Below, in pieces: positions 41,000 to 54,070 of a DNA stretch of 64,000 nt. The notes below the pieces were generated by a model. It made no database searches. It was not told where the DNA came from and saw nothing but the letters and a program-made list of their open reading frames with translations. The DNA is from Octopus sinensis (taxonomy: Eukaryota), in assembly GCF_006345805.1 (NCBI RefSeq), contig NC_043018.1, positions 2,046,001 to 2,110,000 on the forward strand, written 5' to 3'. How positions within the stretch are numbered: position 1 is the first letter of the stretch; every line of letters begins with the position of its first letter. The position numbers and the translations under genes are program-made.

Positions 41000-41001
<2 letters not shown>
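40575..41001 (+). mobile_element. CR1/L2-like LINE 3' end
   Basis: NNLGIKGPHFFSVQP...EVDVFKTELDTHLSTILDEP resembles 'NSF-V-GP-LFN-LP...VD-FK--LD-FL--IPDEP'. The 3' tail is shared with SINE B. Confidence 0.8.
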
Positions 41002-41054
<53 letters not shown>

Positions 41055-41156
41055 TATATATATATATATGGTAGTATAAATCTCGAGATATATATTATCC
41101 AAAGTTGTTTATATTTTCTTGCTCATTCCCTCGCGTTTGAGCTGTGGTTGAATATA

Positions 41157-41375
41157 TATTTCTTTACTACCCACAAGGGGCTAAACACAGAGGGGAAAAA
41201 CAAGGACAGACAAAGGGATTAAGTCGATTACATCGACCCAGTGCGTAACTGGTACTTAAGTTATCGACCCCGAAAGGATGAAAGGCAAAGTCGACCTCGG
41301 CGGGATTTGAACTCAGGACGTAACGGCAGACGAAATACAACCACGCATTTCGCCCGGCGTGCTAACGTTTCTGCC
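41157..41375 (-). mobile_element. SINE family A, slightly 5'-truncated, with 14-bp TSD
   Basis: TSD tgtggttgaatata at 41143-41156 and 41376-41389. Confidence 0.92.
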
Positions 41376-41680
41376 TGTGGTTGAATATAGAGAACGCATT
41401 TTAGAGTGGATTGTAGGGATTCGACACCTATTTCTAGCGCAGGTGCTGGTTATTTCTTGTGGCTCTTCATGATGATTATATTTTTATAATTAGATATTTA
41501 AATAAAAATAATTTTACCTCTACGGACAGTTTCTTGTCCTAGGCCTCTGATAATATTTTATTTGGTTCGGTCATCGGACTGCGGCCATGCTGGAGCACCG
41601 CCCTTTTATATAATCATTTTTGATAATCCTTATCTTATAAGTATATAATATATATAATATATATATATTATATATATATA

Positions 41681-41731
<51 letters not shown>

Positions 41732-41878
41732 TATTTATTTGAATGTATGCATGGGTTGCGCGCATATATATCTATCTGTATATATCTATATATATATAAT
41801 ATATATATCATATTATATTAGATATATATATATAATATTATATATATTATATATATATATATTATATATATAATAAAT

Positions 41879-44220
41879 ATTAGGGAATAAATCCAAATTT
41901 ACAGGGAAAAAATCAGATTTAGGATTAAATCGATTTTATAGTAAAAATATTATAAAATATTATTCGAGACAAAACCACTATTTTGCAAAACAAACAAGGA
42001 AAGACTTAACCAATACATAAAATTTTAATAAAATAGTCAAAAAAACCGCCACTACAATCGTTTCTTGTCTTGATCGACAATCTTCAGGTGGACTCCAATC
42101 TAAAAAATCAATATTTTAAAATATAAAAATAATAATTTTAAAATAATTAAGTATGAATGAAAAAAATATAAGTTATAAATCCATATATAACCTATCTATA
42201 ATCCATATATAAACAATATTAAAACAATATATAAACTAAAAAAAACCTATCAACAATTAAATATAAAATATAAAATAAAAATATAAAATATAAAATATAA
42301 AATAAAAAACCAAACAAAAAAATATAATAATAATATAATAATAAACTATATATACACCCATACGCATATACGTAATTATAATAACCATATCTAACTACAT
42401 ACACTAAATCACACCCCTATATATATCCTATACAACACATCAAAATGTCTAGGCAACTATAAAAAATAAAATAGCTAAATACTTCAACACAATACTTATT
42501 CATACTCCCATACACACACACATACAACCCACATTCACGCTCTAGAAAACGGACATCACTCAAAAACTATGAACGGAGAAATGGAATAAATGGAATTAAA
42601 AATTAATTCACTTGGTAAAACGAACACTACTTAAAAATTATGAATGAAACAATGCAAAAAACAACAGACATCGCAAATAGACCACAATTAGTACAAATTC
42701 CTTATGAAACCTACCATGATAACCAAAACTCATAAAAAATATAATGATAAAATCTCCTTTACTAAACTCTATAACAAACCTATATAGCAATCCCCTAACC
42801 TAAACATTCACACACAAATACACACACGTAAACCACACACCCACGACATATACAAATACCCACACCACTTACACATACCAATACATACATATAAACCTCA
42901 ACATATACTCCAAAAACCCACTCAACCCCACACAGACAAATAAACACAAAAATTATGAATGGATTCTTTTATAAAACTACCATGGTAAGCTAAAACTCAC
43001 AAAACAGAAATGATAAAACCTCCTTTACTAAACACTAAAACATACTTATATAGCAATTCCTTTAACCTATACATTCACACACAAAACCACTCGTAAACCA
43101 CACACCCATAACAAATACAAACTCCCACCCCACTCACACACACCCAGAAGTACATATAAGCCTCAAACATATACACAAACAAAATTACTTTACCAAGGAA
43201 CTTAACATATATATAAAAGTATAACCGCTCTGGAAACGACACATCTCTAAATTAATGAATGGAGAAATTGAATAATAAATGGAATTAAAAATAAAATTCA
43301 CGTGGCAAAAAGAACTCCACTCAAAAATTATGAATGAAAAAATATAATAAAACAACCAACATCGAAAATAGACAAATTACTACGAATTCCTAAAAAAAAC
43401 CATGATAAACCAAAAACTCTTAAAAAAATATACGATAAATCTCCTTTGCTAAACTCTATAACAAACCTATATAGTAATCCCCCTAACCTAAACATTCACA
43501 CACAAACACACACGTAAACCACAGACCCACGACTTATACACATACCTAAACTAACTTATAAACCCCATATACACCAAAACCCACTCCCTCCCACACAGAC
43601 AAATTACTCATACATCCCAAAACCTAAATAACAAACCCATATAACATTCACACACAAACACACACACAAAAAAACACACAACACAACAGATACATATACT
43701 CCCTCACATATACGCATATACATACTCACTAAACTCATATATATACAACAATATTTACACACCCACACCCATACAGATAAATAAATTATACAACTAAAAA
43801 CTCGCACACAATCTCATATACATAAACACTCCTATGAAAACAACATTAAATACATCGTAATTAACCAGAATATCAAAAATAACAATATGACATAAGGTAA
43901 ATAAAATACATACTTACAATTCAGTGTCAAATTATGAAGTGAAATTAAATTATGTCGTTGAAATTGTGAATTAATGGGTGGAGTTGGAGGGAATTGTAAC
44001 CGGGTGGTGGACTAGCGTTGCTTGGAATTGGGAATTGATTAGTGTGGTAGTGAGGTAGGCATCGGGAATAGGTTTGGGTTGCTGTTAGGTTGTTGTTAGA
44101 GCTGCTAGGGTGAGCTAAAGCTCATAAATGTATATATATGGTTTTTCATGGTAGTGTTTTAAAGAATCCATTCATTATAAATTTTTTTTACGTAGTGTTG
44201 GTTTGCTACGTGGATATAGT
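41879..44220. mobile_element. Penelope-like element relic: hammerhead-bearing terminal repeat, G-poor internally repeated body, inverted distal segment
   Basis: Terminal segment 41879-42110 is homologous to 58021-58275 and 51560-51740. The body is A/C-rich with diverged repeats (about 42540-42900, 42950-43140, 43225-43600). It becomes G/T-rich after about 43940, where it matches the body in reverse. Confidence 0.55.
42049..42091 (-). ncRNA. Minimal type I hammerhead ribozyme
   Basis: Minus: CCAC-CUGAAGA-UUGUC GAUCAA GACAA-GAAA-CGAUUG-UA|GUGG. The core is complete, stem II is 5 bp and the triplet is GUA. Confidence 0.85.
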
Positions 44221-44221
44221 T

Positions 44222-44321
44222 NNNNNNNNNNNNNNNNNNNNNNNNNNNNNNNNNNNNNNNNNNNNNNNNNNNNNNNNNNNNNNNNNNNNNNNNNNNNNNN
44301 NNNNNNNNNNNNNNNNNNNNN
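44222..44321. other. Assembly gap (100 N)
   Basis: Direct reading. Confidence 1.
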
Positions 44322-44460
44322 ACCCCCCTGCCGGAGCCTCGTGGAGCTTTTAGGTGTTTTCGCTCAATAAACACTCACAATGCCCAGTCTGGGAATCGAA
44401 ACCGCGATCCTCCGACCGCGAGTCCGCTGCCCTAACCACTGGGCCATTGCGCCTCCACGG
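44322..44460 (-). mobile_element. SINE family C 5' part (cut by gap)
   Basis: Near-identical to 23890-24026. Confidence 0.9.
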
Positions 44461-45435
44461 CGTATATTAAGATGTATAGCAATTGTTGTCCCAGCTCCAA
44501 CTACTGCGTACTTTCTCAGAGTGCACTTAGAATTACGATTATCAAATATATCATTTATCATCCCTAAGAGACCAATTTGTTACTCATATGTAGCGAAAGC
44601 AAAAACGAAGAAAAAAAAAATAAAAAAAATGAAAGAAAAAAAGGAAAAACAAAAAGCAAGCTTTTACGAAAACAGCAAACGTAGCAAATCTAGTGAAAGA
44701 AAATGAACTTTGGACAGAGTCACATGTTCGGAAATGGTTTAAAACATTGTTAATTTGATGGAAAGTCTCATCCGAACCGTCCCAATAATTAACCAATCTG
44801 AGATTATTTCAAATTGCACACACACAATGAAGTATTTGCTATCTATTCTCGCTGTAATGCATAAGCTACTAGTGCTACCATCTTGCCTTTTGGTAGAGCT
44901 GCTGCGATGTAAATCCGTTGAAATACACTGATATACACCCCCCCACACACACACGCATCCATGCATGCATACATACATTCATGCATGCATACATTAATAC
45001 ATATATATATAATATATATATATATACATACTTAGAAGATAATAATATCGCTATGAACAGGAGATTGTTACGAAATAATCTTCTATATACAGATTATAAG
45101 TTCACATTTATATTAACGAGAACTGGAGCACTTGGATTTCTGAGTAAATGCCTGACAATCTGGATAAGATCGGATTTTCAGAAAGAGAAATTATCCGACT
45201 TAGCTCACACATTACAATTATAGGAAGTGGATCAGTAAAAGTATTCACGGATTTTCTCAGGACTAAAAATGTAGCATTGTACTTCTTTCTTTCATATCAA
45301 CTATGGAGCTGTGATTCTTTGTTAGAAACCGACATCTGCCACAGAGGAAGCCTTTGAATAATTAGAAACAGAAGAGGACACTTTCTCTCTCACTTACTCA
45401 CACACACACACACACAACACACACACACACACACA

Positions 45436-45501
<66 letters not shown>

Positions 45502-45514
45502 ATATATATGTAAC

Positions 45515-45668
45515 GGTCTTCTTTCAGTTTCCGTCTACCAAATCCACTCACAGGTCTTTGGTCAGCCCGAGGCTATAGTAGAAAACACTTGCCGAAGGTG
45601 CCACGCAGTAGGACTGAACACAGAACCATGTGTTCGGGAAACAAGCTTCTTACCGCCAGTCCCGCCTG
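45515..45668 (-). mobile_element. SINE family B 5' half
   Basis: cttctttcagtttccgtctaccaaatccactcac...gccacgcagtaggactgaac. Confidence 0.85.
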
Positions 45669-47527
45669 TACCATATTTATTGAAGAAATTCAGAATTGCA
45701 TCAAAGAAATAGAGTTTGACTAGATGTCTCTTTTCAGCTTTATTTTCGTTCCGTGCGTTCGACACATTGGTCCGTCTTTGAGTTGCTTCGAATTGTCTTC
45801 GTAGTATAGTAGTGGTTCCCAAAGGGGGTCCATATGATGCTTTCTTGGTTAAATTTACGAGAAATACATTACTTATATTTCTACAATACTCAAAATATTA
45901 AATTTTTTTACACACTTCCTAACAATATTTAACTAGTGAGATCCGTGGAAATACCACAAAACAAACAAAGGTTAAGAGAAGCTACTGCAGGGAGAAAGGA
46001 CGATACGTATCTTTGTTTTAATTTTCCTACGTTTTTCACTCCCAGTCACAATAATATATTTCAAAATTTCTCTCCGCTAAGCACTTTATATTTCTCTCTT
46101 TCTCTCGACCTCTTCAACGAACTTTTTAATCATGTAATTCCTGTCTTCACGTCTTTAACATTTCTTTAACGTTTCTCTCTTTCCCTTCAAATCTCACTTT
46201 CACTAACTGTCTCTCTCTCGCTTAATCTAACTGCCTCCTCTGTCCTGTTTTTATCTGCCTTTGTTTAACCTTGCAACCAGAACTTTACCCTCTGCTAAAT
46301 ATCGTATCCTAAACATATCTCTTTCTCTTCACATTTTTCTGCCCACCTTACAGCACGTCATCAACACTTCCCTCTCTCTCTCTCTGTCTCTCTTCTCTCA
46401 CTATCTTTTCCCTCGCTCTTCGCCTCTCTCTTCAATCAACCACGTGACGCATTTGGTCTAATAATACCTCTTTCTCTCCATCCTCACATCTTCTTTATTC
46501 ACACTCCTCATCTCTTTCTCTCCCCTCACCCTCTCCCCTATCTCTCCTCTCCCTCTATCCCTCTCCTCTCTCTCCTCTCCTTCTATCCCTCCCCTCTCTT
46601 TCTCCTCTCCCTCTATCCCTCCCCCCTCCTCACCCACACAACCCCCCTCCTCACCCACACAACCCCCCACACACACTTTTGCATCACCACTCACTCACTC
46701 CATCTCCACTTTTTCCAACAAAAGTATAACGGGCGAACGAACAAGCAGATTATTATATAGGCTATAGAGTCACAGTAGAATATTTTGTACACATTGATTG
46801 GTTATGAAGATCCAGTGGAATAAAACAGGAAGCAAAGCGGTCCATAGACAAAGGAATGGTTGGGAACATCTGATATACAGAAAGAAGCTGCTAAACGGTT
46901 GCTAACATCTTTGCCTCTCACGTGTATCGTACGTGATACGCAAGAAATATTGCTCTGACGTCTATGCGTCGTTTATGATACACATTCGCCGATTATCTCA
47001 ACCAACAGAGTAACTTGGGGCTTATAAATCGTAAATTTTATTTTACTCAGAAAATATAAAACAAAGATTAACTAAAAGCTTGAAAACAAACATGGACGTT
47101 GAAGGAGAAAATTATGAAAATAATTTGGAGAGGAAAAGGGTTAATTGTCATTCAATTCTGCCAAAAAAGAACACCGTCGGTCTTTCACATGCGACAATTG
47201 TCGTAGCATGACGTCATCGATTCTGAGATAGGAAGCGATGAGATTAACAATTGGTATATTACTTATCGAATTCAAATGGATGTAAGACGAAGTTACCTGA
47301 CGTGAGAATCGAACACGGGCTTTAGAGAAGAGTAAAACATATTGTATGGCTTTTTAGCTTTATTAATTCTGGCAATTTCCTTTCCCCGAAATTGTTTACG
47401 CAGTATTACACACACACACGGACACACACACACACATACACACACACACGGTCAATTATAACTCACTTTCTCTATCTCTATCTATATGTGTATAGGTATA
47501 TATACATATAATAGATATAAATATCTT

Positions 47528-47579
<52 letters not shown>

Positions 47580-48036
47580 ATGTGTGTATATATATATATA
47601 TATACACAAACACACGTGTGTGTGCATATATATAACTGTCTATTTATGTATATATACATGCACACGTATATATATATATATACATACATAACAACACACA
47701 CACGCATATATACATATGTGTGTTAGTATAGACATTGACACAAGGACATCCGCACACGATGATATTGTAAGCCATAGTGATAACAGGTCAGTTTCCAGTT
47801 ATATTTCTTCACCTTTATAATTATAATTACATTTTCACAGTAACGATACCTTAATTATAACTTTCAACTTATTCAGTGGCATTATCTTTAATGCAACATT
47901 ATTAGATTAAACATCATTTAACGGCGTCTTAAAAGTTTAAAATATTAAAAAAAAACAAAACAGACGATTATTATCGCTTGTTTTTGGTTATATACGCTCT
48001 GTTATAAATGAAAATCATCTATACCGGCTGCCTACA

Positions 48037-48110
<74 letters not shown>

Positions 48111-48902
48111 ATTAGCAATATATCTAATTGACTGGCTATCTGTCACCCTGTTCTTCTTTCTTCCTCTCTCCTGTTCCCCATCTCTCTCTCTCTTTCTCTC
48201 TTCCTATCTTAGTAGGTGTTTGTGTGTTCGTGAGCGTTAAGGAACATAAACACAAATTCACACACACCTATATATATATACATATATACATACATATATA
48301 TATATATATATAATATATATATATATATAGTTCAAATTTACAGAAAAACTAAAGACGAAGGCATGTGTGGGAAAAATAAACAGGTGTGTTAGTTTGACGC
48401 TCGGGAAAAATGGAGAAGTCCTTTACGTTTCGAGTCTACGCTCTTCGACAGAAAAGACTTAGAGGGGAAAAATGGAGAGGGAATTAAAAAAAAACGGTGA
48501 GAGAGAAAAATGTACGTGTGTGTGAGTGTGTGTGTGTGTGTGTGTATGTGTGTGTGTGTGTGTGTGTGTACGTGTGTACGTGTGTACGTGTGTACGAGTG
48601 AATGGAGAAAAGAAAGAAAGTGACGCTCAGCGCACTTGGAATAAATTACATATCAAAACTCGTTATGATTTCAAGTTTAATGTGCTGGTAGCAAGAACAC
48701 ATTGGTTTCGGAGACGAGCCCTTCCTCCGCTGCCAGGAAACTTCAAGATGTAGTAAAGCTGAGCAAGCTGTTAGTACAAGCATGTGTGTGTTTGTTTGTG
48801 TGTGGTTGTATGTGTGTGTGTTTACTGGTACTTTACTATTTAGAGGAAGGCGTGATAACAAGCGTCTCTGAATCAATTATTGTCTTTATATTTATTATGA
48901 TA

Positions 48903-49345
48903 GGCACTGGTGTGGCTGTGTGGTAAGTAGTTTGCTTCCAAACCATATTGTTCTGGGTTCTGTCCTACTGCGTGGCACTTAGTCTTCTACTATAACCAAA
49001 GGACGACCAATTCCTTGTGAGTGGAGTTGGTAGACGGAGACTGAAATAAGTCCCTCATATATATATATGTCTGTATGTGTCTGTGTGTACGTGTGTGCTT
49101 GTGTTTGTACGTCTGTATGTACGTGCGTGTGTATGTGCCTTCCAGTATGTGTTTGTCCCACACCATCTATTGACAACCGATGTTGGTGCGTTTATATCCC
49201 CGTAACATAACAGCACGGCCAAAAAAGGACAGATAGAATAAGTAGTAGGCTTTAAAAAACTGTACAGGAGTTGATTCATTCGATTAGAATTCCTCAAGAT
49301 GGTGCCCCAGCATGGCCGTAGTCTTATGACTGAAACAAGGAAAAG
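48903..49345 (+). mobile_element. SINE family B, near full length, diverged
   Basis: Head gtggctgtgtggtaagtag; tail ggtgccccagcatggccgtagtcttatgactgaaac. Confidence 0.85.
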
Positions 49346-50749
49346 AACAATGAATTGTCTTCATTGAAACACTGTAATTCGTAAACACGATTATCACAAA
49401 TGGTGTTGTATTATTTTTGCATTATCAATGCTAGGCCTCTTCACTAAATGTTTGGTCTTAGGCGATACCACCGTATGATAATTTACTCTAAGACCTTCGA
49501 TAAATTTATGCTGGGACGTTTAAAATAAAAACTAAGTAAAATAAAGAAGAAATAAATGATTTGTTAGTATATAACCGCATTGCCAATGAGGAGAACAACA
49601 CTGTTGGAACCAACCAATTAACTGTTATACAACCAATTAAAATTGTTTGAAAAATATCCTGTTGCTATCGCCTGCGGGATATTTATATACGAGAATGTTA
49701 CCATCGAACAACAATATCAAGATCAAGATAGTGTCGGATATTTTTGAAAGTTGAATGTTTCCAGACAAATGTAGTAGGAAGATTACGCTGAAATAAATCC
49801 TCGAGGGTTGTTTATTTTAATCTAATAAGAGAGATATAGAACGTAGAAATTATAAGAAGATTTGGAAAATACTCCCACATCCAGACATTTAGAAACAGGC
49901 AAAAACTCAACAGTAGACACAAAGACAAAAACAGTCACGTAGAAAAGTATGTACACACACACGCGCGCATACATACACACATATTAATTTCTTTATTCTA
50001 TTCACATATATGCGTGCATGTGGGTGTAGACGCTTGGCCTAGTGGTTAGGGTGTTGGGCGCTCAATCACTCGCTAGATCGGGGTTTCGAGTACCAGGCAG
50101 CGCTTGTTGTTGTTTTGTTGAGCAAATCACTTCGTCTTAAAATGATCTACGATAATTTCAATTTCTGTCGTGTGGTAATGTCGGTAAGAGATTCAGTTGC
50201 GCGCGTGTATATACATACATACATACATATATATATATATATACCTTGTTCCATTATGTATGTAAACATTCCATCAATAGTACGACTTCTATACACTTTC
50301 TCTACACATCTGTTCTGTCTTTCTCCTTTCTTGCCCCTGATTCTTTTTGTCTCCTCTTCCCCCACTCTCTCACATTTCTTTGTCTTTCTCACTTTGCCCC
50401 ATTGATTCTATTGCCAAGTCAATCTTTTGGCGCGCTCTGTTTCTTCCCCCCTCCTCTCTCTCTTCGATTCCTTTGGCCCCTTGTTTTTTTTCTGTCTCTT
50501 CTTCTCCACTTTCACGTGACCTGCTGGTTAACTGGCCTTTCCGCTGGTGACCGCTGCTGTGACAACACGGCTTCTCTCTTCGTCTGCCGAAAAGGCATTT
50601 ATTTGAAAATACGCCCGTTAAGATAAGTTCAATTGTCTAAAGTCGTAAGACACCCGCTATTTTTGTCCCGTTATTACCATTCTTGTTTTTAATTTTATTT
50701 TTGTCTTTTGTATTTATATTCGTGTGGCATCGTCCGGTTTTCTGTCTTT

Positions 50750-50960
50750 GTTTCGTATACATTCGATCCTTTTTCCAAGAAATCTAATGCTCGCAGCTTA
50801 GTTTTTCCTTGGGGCTGGCCGGATCTGAGCGATATCAGGATTAATCAGCCGAAATTTAGTAGGACGATCCGGTTCCTGACTGAAGATTAGAGGCTTCGAA
50901 TGACCCGTCCGTTCTTTGCGTCGTCTCTGTGTTTTTTGCGTTCTTGTCCCATTTTGTATT
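50750..50960 (+). repeat. Unclassified dispersed repeat (family D), copy 2
   Basis: Homologous to 13860-14060. Confidence 0.75.
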
Positions 50961-51240
50961 TTTATATATATTTTTGATACATATATTATTGCGGCGTAAC
51001 GTACACCTTGTTCCCTTATGTATGTAAACATTCTATATATATATCAATAGGAGAACAGAATGGACTAAGCAGAGCAAGACGACTGATGAGGACGGAAAGT
51101 GTCGCTGAAGAGGTCACAGATGTGTGACGAAAGATTTCCGGGCAATGGACATGAATTAGAAAACTCATGAAAACCTAATATATAGTGCGTGTGTTTATTT
51201 GGTTAAAAACCAAAATGACCGTTCCGAAATACAACAATAT

Positions 51241-51419
<179 letters not shown>

Positions 51420-51469
51420 CATAATCTATCTACCTATCTATCTATCTGCCTACCTATATATATATATTC

Positions 51470-51559
<90 letters not shown>

Positions 51560-51564
<5 letters not shown>

Positions 51565-51732
51565 GAGATAAAACCACTATTAGGAAAATCAAACTGTGAA
51601 AAACATAAACCAAAACATAGAAATAAAATTCAAATTATTTAAATTTCTAAAATTATTAATATATATATTTATACTGTAAAATTAGATTTAATCCTAAATC
51701 TAATTGTTCCCTGTAAGTTTGGATTTACTCCC

Positions 51733-51740
<8 letters not shown>
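51560..51740. mobile_element. Penelope-like terminal-repeat relic, head-to-head pieces
   Basis: attagagataaaaccactatt in plus orientation is followed by the reverse complement of attagggaataaatccaaa.ttacaggga...tttaggattaaatc. Same family as 41879-42110. Confidence 0.6.
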
Positions 51741-51786
<46 letters not shown>

Positions 51787-51799
51787 CATATATATATAA

Positions 51800-52290
51800 A
51801 TGAGGGCGCATAGCCTAGTGTTTAGGGCGTTGAACTCACGATCGCGAATGGCGGTTGCAATTCCTAGACCCGGTGATGCGTTATGTTCTTGAGTAAACCA
51901 CTTCATCTCACGTCACTCTACGATTATTTCAATACCTGACGCAAGGTACACCGTTCACCTGTTCAGTAGACAATGTCGATTTGATGGAGAGAGTGAGTTA
52001 ATATGCTGCACGAACTTTTGATCCCAATTCCTTTGGGCAGATTGTTCGGCAAAAAGCTGAACGATCATTCGTCGTCTTCGACGGGAGAATTCTGTAGTTA
52101 TGGTGTTGCACTCTCAACTGCGAGATTGTGGGTTCGATTCCCAGATCGGGGGTTGCGTTTTGTTCTTGAACAAAGCACTTTATTTCACGTTGGTCTCCGA
52201 TCATTTCGCTATCTGACATGTGGCACACGGTGTACCTGTACAGGTAATGTCGATCAGATGGAGGGCGTGAGCTTTACGCAAACAGTTGAT
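51800..52290 (+). mobile_element. Two degenerate tRNA-headed SINE relics related to family C
   Basis: gcgcatagcctagtgtttagggcg...ggttgcaattcc and ggttcgattcccagatcggg heads; bodies decayed. Confidence 0.5.
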
Positions 52291-52432
52291 GACCATAAAC
52301 AAATCATCGATAAGAAATTATCGAACCTTCTTACGTCGTATAACGAGGGGAGGGCCGATGAAATATATACATACATAGTTTAGAAACACCATATGACGGA
52401 GTGAGACTATCATCTTATTCAATTCCATTGTA

Positions 52433-52512
52433 TCTTGAATTACCTTCCTTTATGGGAACGGGTATTGGCACATACCTAGCTTTATATAACCTATATTTTT
52501 GCGGTTCTTACC
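52433..52512 (+). repeat. 80-bp inverted repeat, left arm
   Basis: Reverse complement of 53741-53820, 78/80 identical. Confidence 0.95.
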
Positions 52513-53740
52513 ATGCAGTGTAATGGTGTGTTTACATTCAGTATAATATACAGTAGGCGATTTTTAGTGCAAGACAACTTCAGTTACCTATTTTTTCGAT
52601 ATTCTTTCGCAAAACCAGAGAATGTTGTATGCATGTTTTCCTATGTATTTAGTTGTTCGGCAAAAGAAACCGCTAAAGTAAGTACCACGTTTAAAAAGAT
52701 AATTACTGGTGTCGACACATTCGACTAAAATTCTTCAAGTTGGAGCTGCAGCATGGCCGTCGATTTAAGGACTGAGTCAAATTAAAGATAAAAACCTAAA
52801 TGAAATCAAAGCTGTGTCCGTCGAATCACGTCGTTGATGAGGCTAAGGCGTATTATGCAGTTCAGTCCTAAATAACCATAAAAACGTGTTAAACGCTAAT
52901 GGAACGTCTGTGAATAATAGGGCTCGCGTTTAGCTATCAAACGACAGGAACCAGAACAGCATATGCAAGTGATGGGAGATGAGTAAAGGCTGATATATGA
53001 TTAGATCTGTATACGTAATGACTCAAAGGAATTATGTGAATTCATAGAAAATTTATTACGTTCAAACATACAGCATTTTCACATCTAACTTAAGGTAAAT
53101 TGCATTTAAGAGAATAATGAAACTATATTTAATGTACACGGCTTTGAGTAGCTATAACATCGACGCATACGGGATTCCTGCGGCTGTCGAATTGGTTGTC
53201 GCTGTTGATGTTGTTAAGCCTCAGGTGAGATTTATTGAGCAATTCTTAGATCAAAGATTTACCATTCCATCCTGTTCAAATAACAGTGTAACAAGTACAA
53301 TAATATATAAAAGTGTTTATGGCAGTAAGTTTCGATTTCAGAGTTGTTTGTCTGTTATTTCTCGCAGATCGATCGATCATGTAAAGCTCCTTCTGTGTCG
53401 CTTCACCTGTACAGTATATTATGTTAAATGATAACACCATGCTTGCCCTTTCCATTCCCGAAAGGCTCATCAATGAAATATAGCCCTTATAAAAAGTGAT
53501 TAATTGTAGATAACCAGATTACTCCTCGTTTCCTAAATAAATTACTGAGACTATATTTGTTCTTCGACTGTTGTTCTTGTTCTTGGACGCTAAAAGACAA
53601 AATATTGTGCACAAAAGTGCTAATCTGTCACTCCAATCATTAAGGAGCTTAATACGTTTCATGGAATTGCCGAATCTGAGAGGCGCATGAGTAAATTAAT
53701 ACCAAAACAAGCAGTACCTACAACTGGCAACAACACGTAA

Positions 53741-53820
53741 GGTAAGAACCGCCAAAATATAGGTTATATAAAGCTAGGTATGGGCCAATACCCGTTCCCA
53801 TAAAGGAAGGTAATTCAAGA
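53741..53820 (-). repeat. 80-bp inverted repeat, right arm
   Basis: Reverse complement of 52433-52512. Confidence 0.95.
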
Positions 53821-54032
53821 AATCAAGTCACAATCTATATATGTGTATGTATGTATGTATGTATGTATGTATGTATGTATGTATGTATGTATGTATGTAT
53901 GCATGTGTGTATGGATGTATCTCTCCCTCTCTCTCTCTGTATATATATATATATGGCGAGAGAAAAAGTGAGAGAGACATGCATATGCGATAGACCCACC
54001 CACACATATGAATATGTATACACGTGTATACG

Positions 54033-54070
<38 letters not shown>

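Noticed and set aside
51081-51108. CTGATGA-ggacg-GAAA-gtgtc
   Set aside because: No stem II pairing and no stem I partner.
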